Below are positions 46,201-58,447 of a stretch of 64,000 nt of DNA, piece by piece (the stretch's first letter is position 1; each line of letters begins with the position of its first letter). This DNA comes from Laetmonice hystrix (Eukaryota), in the NCBI GenBank assembly GCA_965235115.1, contig OZ249441.1, positions 13,578,001-13,642,000 of the forward strand, read 5' to 3'. The position numbers and the translations under genes are program-made. The notes beneath the pieces were generated by a model. That model did not search any database, was not told the origin of the DNA, and saw nothing but the letters and a program-made list of their open reading frames with translations.

Positions 46201-48522
46201 ATGGGGGAATAGCTAACAGTTTAATGGTCACTGAATCCCCTGCCAGTTTCCATCGTATCCATTAAAACAGACCTAGCTGTGATTAACCTGGTGTGGGTTA
46301 CACACGTACATACAGAGGCCAACACGGATGTGGTCAGATACTGACCGTTATATTACAACACAGCGGAGCTGTGGTCAGACACGTCCCGCAGGACATCACC
46401 CTGTGTGATGGATACATGTCATGGAGTAATTCAACGAGTACTGACCTCCCCAGCTCATCCTATCACCCTTCCCGCCAGCCCTTGTAATATTAACACATTA
46501 TTCCAGAGCCTCGGACAAAAGAAGGTATATTAGTCACAAACTTGCAGGGATTCAGAGCGTCTGAGGACTACTCATAAAAGTGAGGGAATGTTGTTTAAAA
46601 TTCGAGGCATTTTACAGCCATGTAAAGGAAGAAACCACCTAGGAAACGACTACATTGTAATCGGCAATATACGAACACTCCTACAAGGAAAGAATACCTC
46701 CAAGACATTGTGATACTGTGTACACGTCAGGTCTTTAAAATAATGAAGTTAAAACATTAAAAAAACAAAAGGCATTGGAGAAACTGGAAAAAATAGAGTT
46801 CATCATGACGTTCGCATAATCTAAACACGGATTAGTCACGTGGTATTTAGTCTAAAGCGTGAACCAAATACAGGCATATTGTAAATACATGAACAATCGA
46901 AGATATCTAGATTATATTGTACTCAAACATAACAATCATTTCCTACTTGAAAACGACATCTGAGAATTAGAACAGCCGGCATCATCAGTGAAGAAATATA
47001 GCACAGCTACCTTTTGGACCTGAAACGGTTTCTTTTATATAATAAACTCTCTCTCCCTCTCTTTCTTGCATAAAAAGGAAAATCATGCAAAAAGCAGAAA
47101 CGTCTTATTTGCAAAGAACATGGCTATAAACAAGGTACAATTCACATAGACAGCCTTAATTCATAGAAAGACAAGAGACAAGAGCATGGACTAATTCCAG
47201 CGTCCAACGGGACATCCACATCACCTCTTACGTAGCTCCACATCAGTTCACACTTCTCTCCGACATCAGGTGGTAATTCTCTCCAACATCAATTACACAG
47301 GTGGTAATTCTCTCCACAAGAGAGCCAACATTTCACGGCATCAACATTCCCCACCAACAGGTTGATATCTTTTGTCATCTGCCTGCTTCACTATCAGTTT
47401 CAGCAAAAAGCAATAAGGCATACTCTGGCTAAACAGTGAATCCTATAATGTTACTATTACCCGTGTATCACCATTGAGGACAGCGCATCCGATCTTGTTA
47501 ACAGCGTTCGAATGGGTGGCTGTATGGCCACAAAATGTCTCAATATGGAAAGCTGTGCAAACTTCAGGAAATGGGTCCTTCAGCCAACTCAGCTTCTCAA
47601 GCGGGTTAGGTACGGTAGAGAAACATTCCCGAAGGAGAATGAGGGTCCAATTACAGACGTTTAATTAAAAGCTTCTATTCCTTACTCTAAATGCTACGCT
47701 GCAACAGTTTATGTTTTACCGATTACATTTGAGCAGTTGGCTGACTTTGAACAGACAAGCCGTGCCGTGTGCAGACAACCAAGCTGGCAGAGAATACGGT
47801 TATCCACCAGTCGACCCAACATAACTGTCCTTATAACTAAACACTGCTTACCATAGGAGACCGACCGCAAGGGACGGGGGCAGGGCTAGCAGTGCAGGCT
47901 TGTTTTGTACAAGGACAAGGTATATGGCTACATACACAGCACATGGACCAGCAGTGAATGGAGGAACAAGAAGCCGCTGAAACTGGACAGTGCTGGCAAA
48001 GTCTGTGTGTGAGAAAGTGGACATCTGAGGCTGGACAGACTGAGAGACACTGACTGAGGAGGACATGGCAGACACATTGGGACCACAGACAACGGCTGGC
48101 CACTGGTGAAGACACAGAATGAAACAAGACAAGGAAGAGTCAAGAATGTCTTGGATCTAAACGTACCAGATTGGCTCCATGCTCTTTTAGTAGGTTCAAC
48201 TTCTGCAACGAGAAAAAGACAGAAAATGTGGATGTACCAAACGATTCGAATGGAGCCGTGGGTTCGTCGACCGACGACGCCTTGTTGGCCATGCTCAACA
48301 AAACATTTTTTAACTTTTAACGTTTCAAATTTAGAACAGCTCAACTCCTTTGTGTTTTAAGCAATGACACCAGTTATTGCTTATACCTCACTTTCTCTTT
48401 GTATGATAGAAAAATTAACTTTTGCCAATTTAACAGGTTACACAATTTTGTAATTCTGTTTGACAACGAATTTTCTAACACAAATAAGATGTCAAGTTTC
48501 CTAACAGTCTTAGGCTCGTCCC

Positions 48523-48643
48523 AATCCAGGCTCTGTAAACTGTGTCCCAGCACTACGAATTTTAATCCAGGCTGTGTAAACTGTGTCCCAGCACTACGAA
48601 TTTTAATCCAGGCTGTGTAAACTGTGTCCCAGCACTACGAATT
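48523..48643. repeat. 41-bp tandem repeat, 3 copies
   Basis: AATCCAGGCT(C/G)TGTAAACTGTGTCCCAGCACTACGAATTTT at 48523, 48564 and 48605. Confidence 0.95.
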
Positions 48644-51039
48644 TCTTTATCATGCGGTTATTTTGTGGCATATTATAGATCTCAGATCTCTGACTGTGAA
48701 AGTCTGCTTGGTCCCATTACGAAATCATATGGAACCGGTCCCAGCCTCATTACTCGCCGCCCTTAGTCATGTCTCCATACGCAATGGTATGCATGTCTTG
48801 CCAGGTTAATTATCCAACCACTAAACGACGGGTAACTGATCTAATGTCTCTGGACACTGCCAGGCGTTGGCTGTCGTATCTAACTGTATCTTGGATAGAC
48901 GTTGGCCGCCTTCAACCTCGCCAGCCAAGTATAATTTCCCAAGGCCCTGGCTGGTAGTCCTTGGTTGCCAGCATGTCTGTTCTACCAATGATCAACAACA
49001 GTCCCAAGAAGCAGATCTTTCGACTCATCGATCCGCCCATTGTCTGTAGACTGTCATGTACAAAGACTGTAGAGGTCGTTTATTCATGCTCATCAAAAAG
49101 AACATATCAACCGTCTTCTATCTCCAATATATCAACGTTTAAACGTGACAGTAGCCTTTATTATAGATCACTGGTCTAGATTCTACAAAAGGGATTTACT
49201 GTCTGGTGCTGGTCTGTCATTAAATGGTTCAATATGAAATCATACTTCAGTCTCTTCCGAGAACGGTAAAACGTGTTCGTGAAGACAGCCCAGGAATACG
49301 TCATAGAAAGTTCAAACATCAACACGATACGAGAAACCTGTCGACATTAAGCAGTTTTAAAGTAAAGCCACGCTTGTCATCCGTGGCTGGCGAGCCCAGC
49401 TGGAACCGTTCCGTATCCCAGGTTAACACAATAAACATTCAGACTTCCGTCTAACCCTCCCGGGTATATGTAAAACACTGTCCAAGAACAAACACAAAAA
49501 ATACCCGACGACCTAACACCTGATCGGAACAATATGTTTCAATCAAAGAGAACTTCAAACTTCAAGCGGACACCAAATCACAGCTACGGCCCCTTCTCCC
49601 CAATGCCTTGGCTCCTCTTCCCTCCAGCGATAACCCTACCCCTTCATGATGCCAAGGCTGCGGAGTTTCTGTATAAATACAACAGTGCCCGCTCACTGCC
49701 TTGGTGTGTGTAAGGTCGGGCTGTATGTACTTCAGGAGAAACTTGTAACGTACAATAACAAGCAACGCTGAACCTGGCTTAGCTTTGCGACCCGGCCCGA
49801 ATAAATATCTATTTGAATCACCGGCCGGTAGAACGAAACGTATCCAACACGCTGCAATCATCTTACCGGCAAACTGGATTTGGAATCACACGCTGGGAGT
49901 GCTTGTCAAGAATTCTCATATTGATGACTTACACGATGGTTATATTTTTGTGTGGTACATTAAACTATTCATCATCACTGCACTTCTCGAAAATCAGCTC
50001 GAGCCTCAGTAAAACCAAGCTGGTTGGTGCCATATTTCTGGAGGATGATAGGGGTGGGTGTGAAGATGGGAGCCTGCCCTTTCAGCCTCCTGCTCCTCCT
50101 CCCAGCCCCCCCCCCCCCAACCCCAGCCTCCTGCAGCGCAAGCTCTATTGTTTTTACCCATCTTCCGGGACAAAAAACAGACTTCTCAAAACACAAGTCA
50201 AGGCCGACTCCTCAAGTCCACAGTGACAGAGCCCAGACATTGGAGCATGTTGTCTATACCAAACAGCCTCAGCTGATCTTCAACTGGAGCTCGTACTGTC
50301 GATACTTGATACATTTGCTGAGAAGCTGCACCGATTCAGACCTATACACAGAGCGTTATGTTCCATGGCTGTTCAGTCCGACAACATGACAGCACAAGTG
50401 ATGAGTCAAAGATATACGGCCGGGGGCCGGGCGGGCGGGTGGGAGGAGCACCCCTATTTTGGCTGCAGTGCAGTACCTGCCCTTGGGTCAGGGATCCATG
50501 CGAAGCGTGTCTCGATGCTGGTGGTCGCACCCTGGTGGCCACACATGGAACTCATCTCTACCGACTTGGGGCCACAGATTGTACTAGGCGTGGGAAGCGG
50601 GGTCAGATTAATATATTTTGATCAAATAATCAGAATACTAATTGTTCATATGTTAAGTGTAACGCGAACTAAGGAATATTAAATCCACATGGCTCTGCTG
50701 GGGATGATAAATAACAAATCTCTTAAGAATGATTCCCACTTTCGATAACTGTCAGAACTCTACCGTTTTCAATATTCTTATTTCGAACAACCGAAGGAGA
50801 GAGGGCTAAAGGAAAACAACAACGTAAACAATTCTGGAGGCAAATTTAATCAAGTTATACTACCCGGTAGTTGTTGAAGTAACAAAAATCCTATTCTAAT
50901 AAAGACTCAGGTGTTAATTATCACTGGCAATCAAAACTAATCTATCGCCAAGACAAGTATATTAAATCTAAATATCAGAGATGGGAAGTTCTACAATACT
51001 GAAGACGAATAGAGATTCTCTCCAATTAAAGATTGTCGC

Positions 51040-52137
51040 CACAGACAACACGTAACATTGAACACAGTACCAGGGGCGGGGAGCGGGTGTGCTCACAGAC
51101 AACACATAACCTTGAACACAGCGTCAGGGGCGGGGAGCCGGGGAGATCACAGACAACACATAACCTTGAACACAGCGACAGGGGCGGGGAGCGGGGGGCG
51201 GGGGGCGGGGGTGATCACAGACAACACATAACCTTGAACACAGCGCCAGGGGCGGGGAGCCAGGGAGCGGGTGTGATCACAGACAACACATAACCTTGAA
51301 CACAGCGCCAGGGGCGGGGAGCGGGTGTGATCACAGACAACACATAACCTTGAACACAGCGCCAGGGGAGGGGAGCCGGGGGGCGGGTGTGATCACAGAC
51401 AACACATAACCTTGAACACAGCACCAGGGGCGGGGAGCCAGGGAGCGGGTGTGATCACAGACAACACATAACCTTGAACACAGCGACAGGGGCGGGGAGC
51501 GGGTGTGATCACAGACAACACATAACCTTAAACACAGCACCAGGGGCGGGGAGCCAGGGAGATCACAGACAACACATAACCTTGAACACAGCACCAGGGG
51601 CGGGGAGCCAGGGAGCGGGTGTGATCACAGACAACACATAACCTTGAACACAGCACCAGGGGCGGGGAGCCAGGGAGCGGGTGTGATCACAGACAACACA
51701 TAACCTTGAACACAGCGCCAGGGGCGGGGAGCGGGTGTGATCACAGACAACACATAACCTTGTACACAGTACCAGGGGCAGGGAGCGGGTGTGATCACAG
51801 ACAACACATAACCTTGAACACAGCGACAGGGGCGGGGAGCCGGGGGGCGGGGGTGATCACAGACAACACATAACCTTGAACACAGCGCCAGGGGCGGGGG
51901 GCGGGGGGCGGGGGTGATCACAGACAACACATAACCTTGAACACAGCGCCAGGGGCGGGGAGCGGGTGTGATCACAGACAACACATAACCTTGAACACAG
52001 CGCCAGGGGCGGGGAGCCGGGGGCGGGGGTGATCACAGACAACACATAACCTTGAACACAGCGCGAGGGGCGGGAGTGATCACAGACAACACATAACCTC
52101 AAACACAGCGCCAGGGGCGGGAGTGATCACAGACAAC
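51040..52137. repeat. G-rich minisatellite, ~21 units of ~45-60 bp
   Basis: Near-constant core GATCACAGACAACACATAACCTTGAACACAGC plus a variable GGGGCGGGG(AGC..GGG)n linker. Confidence 0.97.
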
Positions 52138-54975
52138 CAGAAGAGACAAAAGGATCAGAAACAATCATGTTCTTGTCTTGGTGCTTTTATATTGGTGTAA
52201 AAGAGAATGCTGTCTGCTGTCAGCTGAAGCAGAAGTGAACCGCTTCATCATGACCATGTGCACAGTTCACAAGTAATATCTACTAGCAGCTTCCAACTGT
52301 GCGAGAGCGACACTAACCGGCAAACTGTTGGGTATAAAGTAAAGCATCATATTCTGGGGTTAATATTGTCATTAATGACTCACTCATGCCTGATTATGTT
52401 GGGCACACTAGTAGAGCTAACTTTACCTGGGGTGTATACAGAGCCTACGGGTTAGACCTGTCACACACGACCTCTGGGACCGGCCTCAGGAACCGATACT
52501 GACTCCCTTTCTGTCGTCCTCGGTCGCGCCAATCTGACGGCTGCCACACTTTGGGCCAAGCTCTCGTGGACCACTGCCTGCCCGGGCCCGATCAAAATAA
52601 CTACTCGTCTGCCTTTTTTCACCTCTCTCTGTCAGTACACTCAGCCTAGCTCCGACATATACGGGCCAGATCTTGACACCAAATAACCTCTGTATTCAGT
52701 CAGAGAGGACACGTCCTTTATTGTCAACCAACAGACTTTTTCCCCTTAATATCACAAAAACATGAAATAAATATTGTTATTCTAACACGAGAAGATGGGG
52801 TGAGGTTGAGGTCCTTTTGTCTGCTAACCTCGTACTGCCTCATATGTTTTTATAATGTCTGATAATACTTCTGTGTCAGGCATTGTCTTCTCTGTCTATA
52901 GAAACACCTGGCCCTGAAGGAGGAGTTCTGGGGACTTTCTCCAGTGAATACCTTCCTCCAGGGCAGGGTACGTACTGTCCAGAAGTTTCCTAACCCCAAC
53001 CCCTCTCCAGGTGTACTCAACATTTCCACACGATCGGAGCACGATATATATCATGACGCCCAAACGACCAAAGTGGTTTAGAAAACCAAACCTTTTATGC
53101 GGTTTGGATAACTAGTGCATATAATCTTCAATAACAACTTGACCTCTTTCTTGTTAAAAACTGTGCGAGATTCAGAACAGTGCCAGCCTGCTGACCTCTG
53201 AAGCCGAACATCTGGACGAAGTTTCCAATAAAATTCGACCTCATTTCAATTTGAGCTCCAACTGTCGACCCCAGATATGTTTGCGTCTGTGGGAGTGATG
53301 GACACCACGTGGTAAGCCGACCTAACACAACCGATAGAAGCTCTATCAATCAATAATCCCACTTTGAAAACGTACACACGGCAGTCAAATAGACTTTTAC
53401 CAGCCACAATTGTATATTTCTAACTATACGTGCCACCACCACTAAGCCCGTATCACAAGTGAGACTTAGACAGAGCGATGAGAGACATTGAATATAGACA
53501 TACAGAGAAGGTACGTTGAGCACAGGTGGGCAAGGGAAAACACTTAACATGGCCTTGTTTCACAATGTACCTCACCTTTGGCACTCGCTGATGTCGACCT
53601 GTCACAAGAGTAATAACATCAATTTCATTGTCTCATTAAAAAAAACAAAAATCTATTGAAGTCACTCGGACAGACCACAAAAACACGAACAGAAGACTGC
53701 CATACTGCATGATGTTAGCCAATCATCATAATATTGGTTTAATTCTGAGTCTGATGTCGTTTACTCTACCCGCACTGACTGGGCTCCATTACGTGAGGAT
53801 TGGGGCCCAGTGTTCTCTAACTTCTGACAATCAAGTCTACTGGTGTGAGACACCGAACACCAACCAGTAAAACCGTCAGGAATTGCCATGGAAACAGTGA
53901 ACCGTAATAACAAAAGTTACAAGAGAACATTTTTCCTGAACTATTTTACGATCAGTAGCCATCTGAATTACTGCCAACCCGCTGTCAAACGCCGCACTTT
54001 TGCGCTACGTATCTGGCATCACTGGCAGTCGGCCCACAGCTCCCTCTATCGGTAATGCACCAAACTACTCTGCAGTATGTCGTCTGCTCCAGCTCGGCGT
54101 TCGTTTTAACATGAATCTCCCTTTACTGTTTGTTGATTGCAGATCATGCCATGGCGAATATTAACAAAAGTCAAATAGCTTTCGGGGGTTCTTGAATGAC
54201 ACTGCACATTTACAAAGAAATCCGATCAAGAAACACCATGCCATGTAAGCTAGTGGATCAAATGGGTGACAATTTTACAAAAAAGTCAAGTCAATACATC
54301 TCAAAACCTAACTTAGGCCTGCGGGAATTATCAATCAAACCAATCGAACACAATCAAAACTTCACGAGCAGCAACTTCAGATGTCAACGTAGAGTTGGAA
54401 AAGACATCTAGTAGATAAAAAGCGTTTGTAAAACGGAAATTCTAGTTTTTAATCATTCCTTTGATGGAAAGAAGAAAGTCTGCCAAAAGCTTGCTCTCCA
54501 ATGAATTTTGAGTTTCTCTAAATACAACTGACAGTCATTCTCGATCAACATCACGTCATCCTAACCAGAAAACCGATCCTACAACAGTCTCTGAGATAAG
54601 ACATCAAATGAGGATAGTGTACACAGATAAATACATGGTCAATTTACTCCCCAGCTCTGTGCTCTCACCCCCCCCCCCCCCCCACACACACATGTTCCGT
54701 GTCAAAACGAAGCCACGTGTCACATGTCAGACAACATCACGTCTGTCAAAAGTCCATTAGGTGAAATGTAGACCTACCACCGAGTTGTTTCGTAAGTCAG
54801 CTGTGGTAGAAGCTTCGACTCTTGACAGACAAAAAGGTGCCGAGGCCCCTAACAAATTCTTGGCCAACCCTACCCCCATTACACCCTGTCCCCTAACGTG
54901 TCTACAACGGCACCACCCTGTCCTTACTGACCCATCCTTGATCATCGCGAGGCTTATTATAACCGGACTATCTAA

Positions 54976-55818
54976 TCTGTCAACTGTCAGTCTGTCAGAC
55001 TACCACCTCCTGACTGTCAGTCAGACTGCCTGCAGCATTTGTCAACTGTCAGTCTGTCAGACTACCACCTCCTGACTGTCTGTCAGACTGCCTGCTGACT
55101 GCAGCATCTGTCAACTGTCAGTCTGTCAGACTACCACCTCCTGACTGTCAGTCAGACTACCACCTCCTGACTGCAGCATCTGTCAACTGTCAGTCTGTCA
55201 GACTACCACCTCCTGACTGTCAGTCAGACTGCCTGCTGACTGCAGCATCTGTCAACTGTCAGTCTGTCAGACTATCACCTCCTGACTGTCTGTCAGACTA
55301 CCACCTCCTGACTGTCAGTCAGACTGCCTGCTGACTGCAGCATCTGTCAACTGTCAGTCTGTCAGACTATCACCTCCTGACTGTCAGTCAGACTGCCTGC
55401 TGACTGCAGCATCTGTCAACTGTCAGTCTGTCAGACTACCACCTCCTGACTGTCAGTCAGACTGCCTGCTGACTGCAGCATTTGTCAACTACAGTCTGTC
55501 AGACTATCACCTCCTGACTGTCTGTCAGACTACCACCTCCTGACTGTCTGTCAGACTACCACCTCCTGACTGTCAGTCAGACTGCCTGCTGACTGCAGCA
55601 TTTGTCAACTGTCAGTCTGTCAGGCTACCACCTCCTGACTGTCAGTCAGACTACCACCTCCTGACTGCAGCATCTGTCAACTGTCAGTCTGTCAGACTAC
55701 CACCTCCTGACTGTCAGTCAGACTACCACCTCCTGACTGTCAGTCATATTGCCACCTCCTGACTATCAGTCAGACTACCTGCTGACTGCAGCATCTGTCA
55801 GATGACCTGCTGACTGTC
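54976..55818. repeat. modular minisatellite built from CTGACTGTCAGTCAG, ACTACCACCTC and CTGCAGCATCTGTCAA blocks
   Basis: About 840 bp of reshuffled short modules. Confidence 0.95.
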
Positions 55819-57198
55819 GTGGCTGTACGGAACCCTTCACTCCTACTATTAGGCATACTGACTGCCGTGCCCAAAGATTTGTACTCCCCCGTAATCAAAT
55901 TATCTTAAATATCTTAAACAATAAAGCCAATTGTCGCCCAATATGAGCTAATTAATTTGAATTTCACTGTAATAATGTCTTTAGAAATAGTCACGAAGTC
56001 TAAATCATTTCATTGACTTATTGAGAACAGGTTCATATTATCACTGTGACGTAAGTTAACATCCTTAAATTCAAAGCCGGTTTGGGCAAGAAGTTTCCTC
56101 ATCATAAACCAACAGAGATCTCTAGACGAAGAGACGGCCCGATCTATATTAGTTTTTCACGAAGAATTACTGCCTGATGCAGAACAGTGCCACCTCTTCC
56201 ATCATAGTGCTAACAACAGGGCTTGCATGAAGCGTCACTGGTCCACATTATGTCACAATTACTGTGGGAGCCTATTGTCAGAGGGCCGATAGCGCGCTGG
56301 CCGGGGAACCTGTCTATGGGGCGGCCCGTGCAGGCGGCACACATTAAGATAATGAGTGGCCGTATTCCTCGTCTTAATGACTGCCTTGCTGAGCTACGGC
56401 TCGTTCATATCAATCCATATCGATAACATATATCAGCCCTGTTTGGGATCCCCAAATGTCTCATCTGATCACTTACATGCGGGTAAAAAAAGGCGAGGAT
56501 ACTTCTGTTTTATTCAGTGGTCACCAGCCATATTGATTGCTCCTCCGGGTTGGTAGGAGCCGTTCGGAATGTCGTTCTTGTAGTATGAGATTAATGGTTA
56601 CTATTTTATAAATGGAACTCCCAATCGTACTTCAAATTGAAGATTTTGCATCGACTGTGATTTCATCTTGTTTGTGTCGCCTCTCTGAGACTCATACATA
56701 AAGCTAGACAGCCTGATTAGCTAGACTGATTATTGATTCCGTACTAGATTTATACACACTCACAGATGGTCACAGGTACGAGACTCCCATTAACTGATGT
56801 GATATTCTGGTTGATACTGTCCACAACACCTGCTGTAACATCACGGTGTAGATACAGAGTGTCCGTGACCACTATAATACATTACTATAGTCACGCCAGG
56901 CCCCCAATGAGGTCGCTGCGGACGCTCCACGCTGGCCGCTGGCCGTTGCGCGCCCCCTAGTAGGAATTCTAACACTAACCCATCCACTTGCCTCCGCCAA
57001 TCCTGTTGTAAAGACTGCACGATTAATTTTGAAAAAAAAAACTAGAAGTAGATGGAAGGGTTCCTGATTACTACTCGAATAACCTTGATAAATGCATCAC
57101 ATCTGCAGAGACAACAAAAAGATCGGGTTCTTTTATTTCCTTCATGATCAAAAAGTACCAATCTGTAGATGGTAAAAACAAGAGATGTTCTCGACTGT

Positions 57199-58447
57199 GA
57201 GATATTTTACCAGTGTACAGACTGGCTGCTGAGAGATATTTTACCAGTGTACAGACTGGCTGCTGAGAGATGTTTTACCAGTGTACAGACTGGCTGCTGA
57301 GAAATGTTTTACCAGTGTACAGACTGGCTGCTGAGAGATATTTTACCAGTGTACAGACTGTCTGCTGAGAGATATTTTACCAGCGTACAGACTGGTTGCT
57401 GAGAGATATTTTACCAGACAGGTTGCTGAGAGATGTTTTAACAGCGTACAGACTGGTTGCTAAGAGATATTTTACCAGCGTACAGACTGGTTGCTGAGAG
57501 ATATTTTACCAGTGTACAGACTGGCTGCTGAGAGATATTTTACCAGCGTACAGACTGGTTGCTGAGAGATATTTTACCAGACAGGTTGCCGAGAGATGTT
57601 TTAACAGCGTACAGACTGGTTGCTAAGAGATATTTTACCAGCGTACAGACTGGTTGCTGAGAGATATTTTACCAGTGTACAGACTGGCTGCTGAGAGATA
57701 TTTTACCAGCGTACAGACTGGTTGCTAAGAGATATTTTACCAGCGTACAGACTGGTTGCTGAGAGATATTTTACCAGTGTACAGACTGGCTGCTGAGAGA
57801 TATTTTACCAGCGTACAGACTGGCTGGTGAGAGATATTTTACCAGTGTACAGACTGGCTGGTGAGAGATATTTTACCAGTGTACAGACTGGCTGGTGAGA
57901 GATATTTTACCAGCGTACAGACTGGCTGGTGAGAGATGTTTTACCAGCGTACAGACTGGCTGGTGAGAGATGTTTTACCAGCGTACAGACTGGCTGGTGA
58001 GAGATATTTTACCAGCGTACAGACTGGTTGCTAAGAGATATTTTACCAGCGTACAGACTGGTTGCTGAGAGATATTTTACCAGTGTACAGACTGGCTGCT
58101 GAGAGATATTTTACCAGCGTACAGACTGGCTGGTGAGAGATATTTTACCAGTGTACAGACTGGCTGGTGAGAGATATTTTACCAGTGTACAGACTGGCTG
58201 GTGAGAGATATTTTACCAGCGTACAGACTGGCTGGTGAGAGATGTTTTACCAGCGTACAGACTGGCTGGTGAGAGATGTTTTACCAGCGTACAGACTGGC
58301 TGGTGAGAGATGTTTTACCAGCGTACAGACTGGTTGCTGAGAGATATTTTACCAGCGTACAGACTGGCTGCTGAGAGATATTTTACCAGCGTACAGACTG
58401 GTTGCTGAGAGATATTTTACCAGACAGGTTGCTGAGAGATATTTTAC
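57199..58447. repeat. 34-bp minisatellite, ~37 units, with higher-order structure
   Basis: Unit GAGAGAT(A/G)TTTTACCAG(C/T)GTACAGACTGG(C/T)TG(C/G)T, with three 27-bp deletion variants. Confidence 0.97.

Noticed and set aside
51040-52137. CRISPR-like look (constant 32-bp repeat with variable spacers)
   Set aside because: Spacers are low-complexity variants of one G-rich sequence, not unique; no cas genes; eukaryotic context.
38256-56964. CTCF-like 14-mers at 38256-38269 and 56950-56964
   Set aside because: One-mismatch matches to a degenerate consensus are expected about once or twice by chance in 64 kb on two strands.
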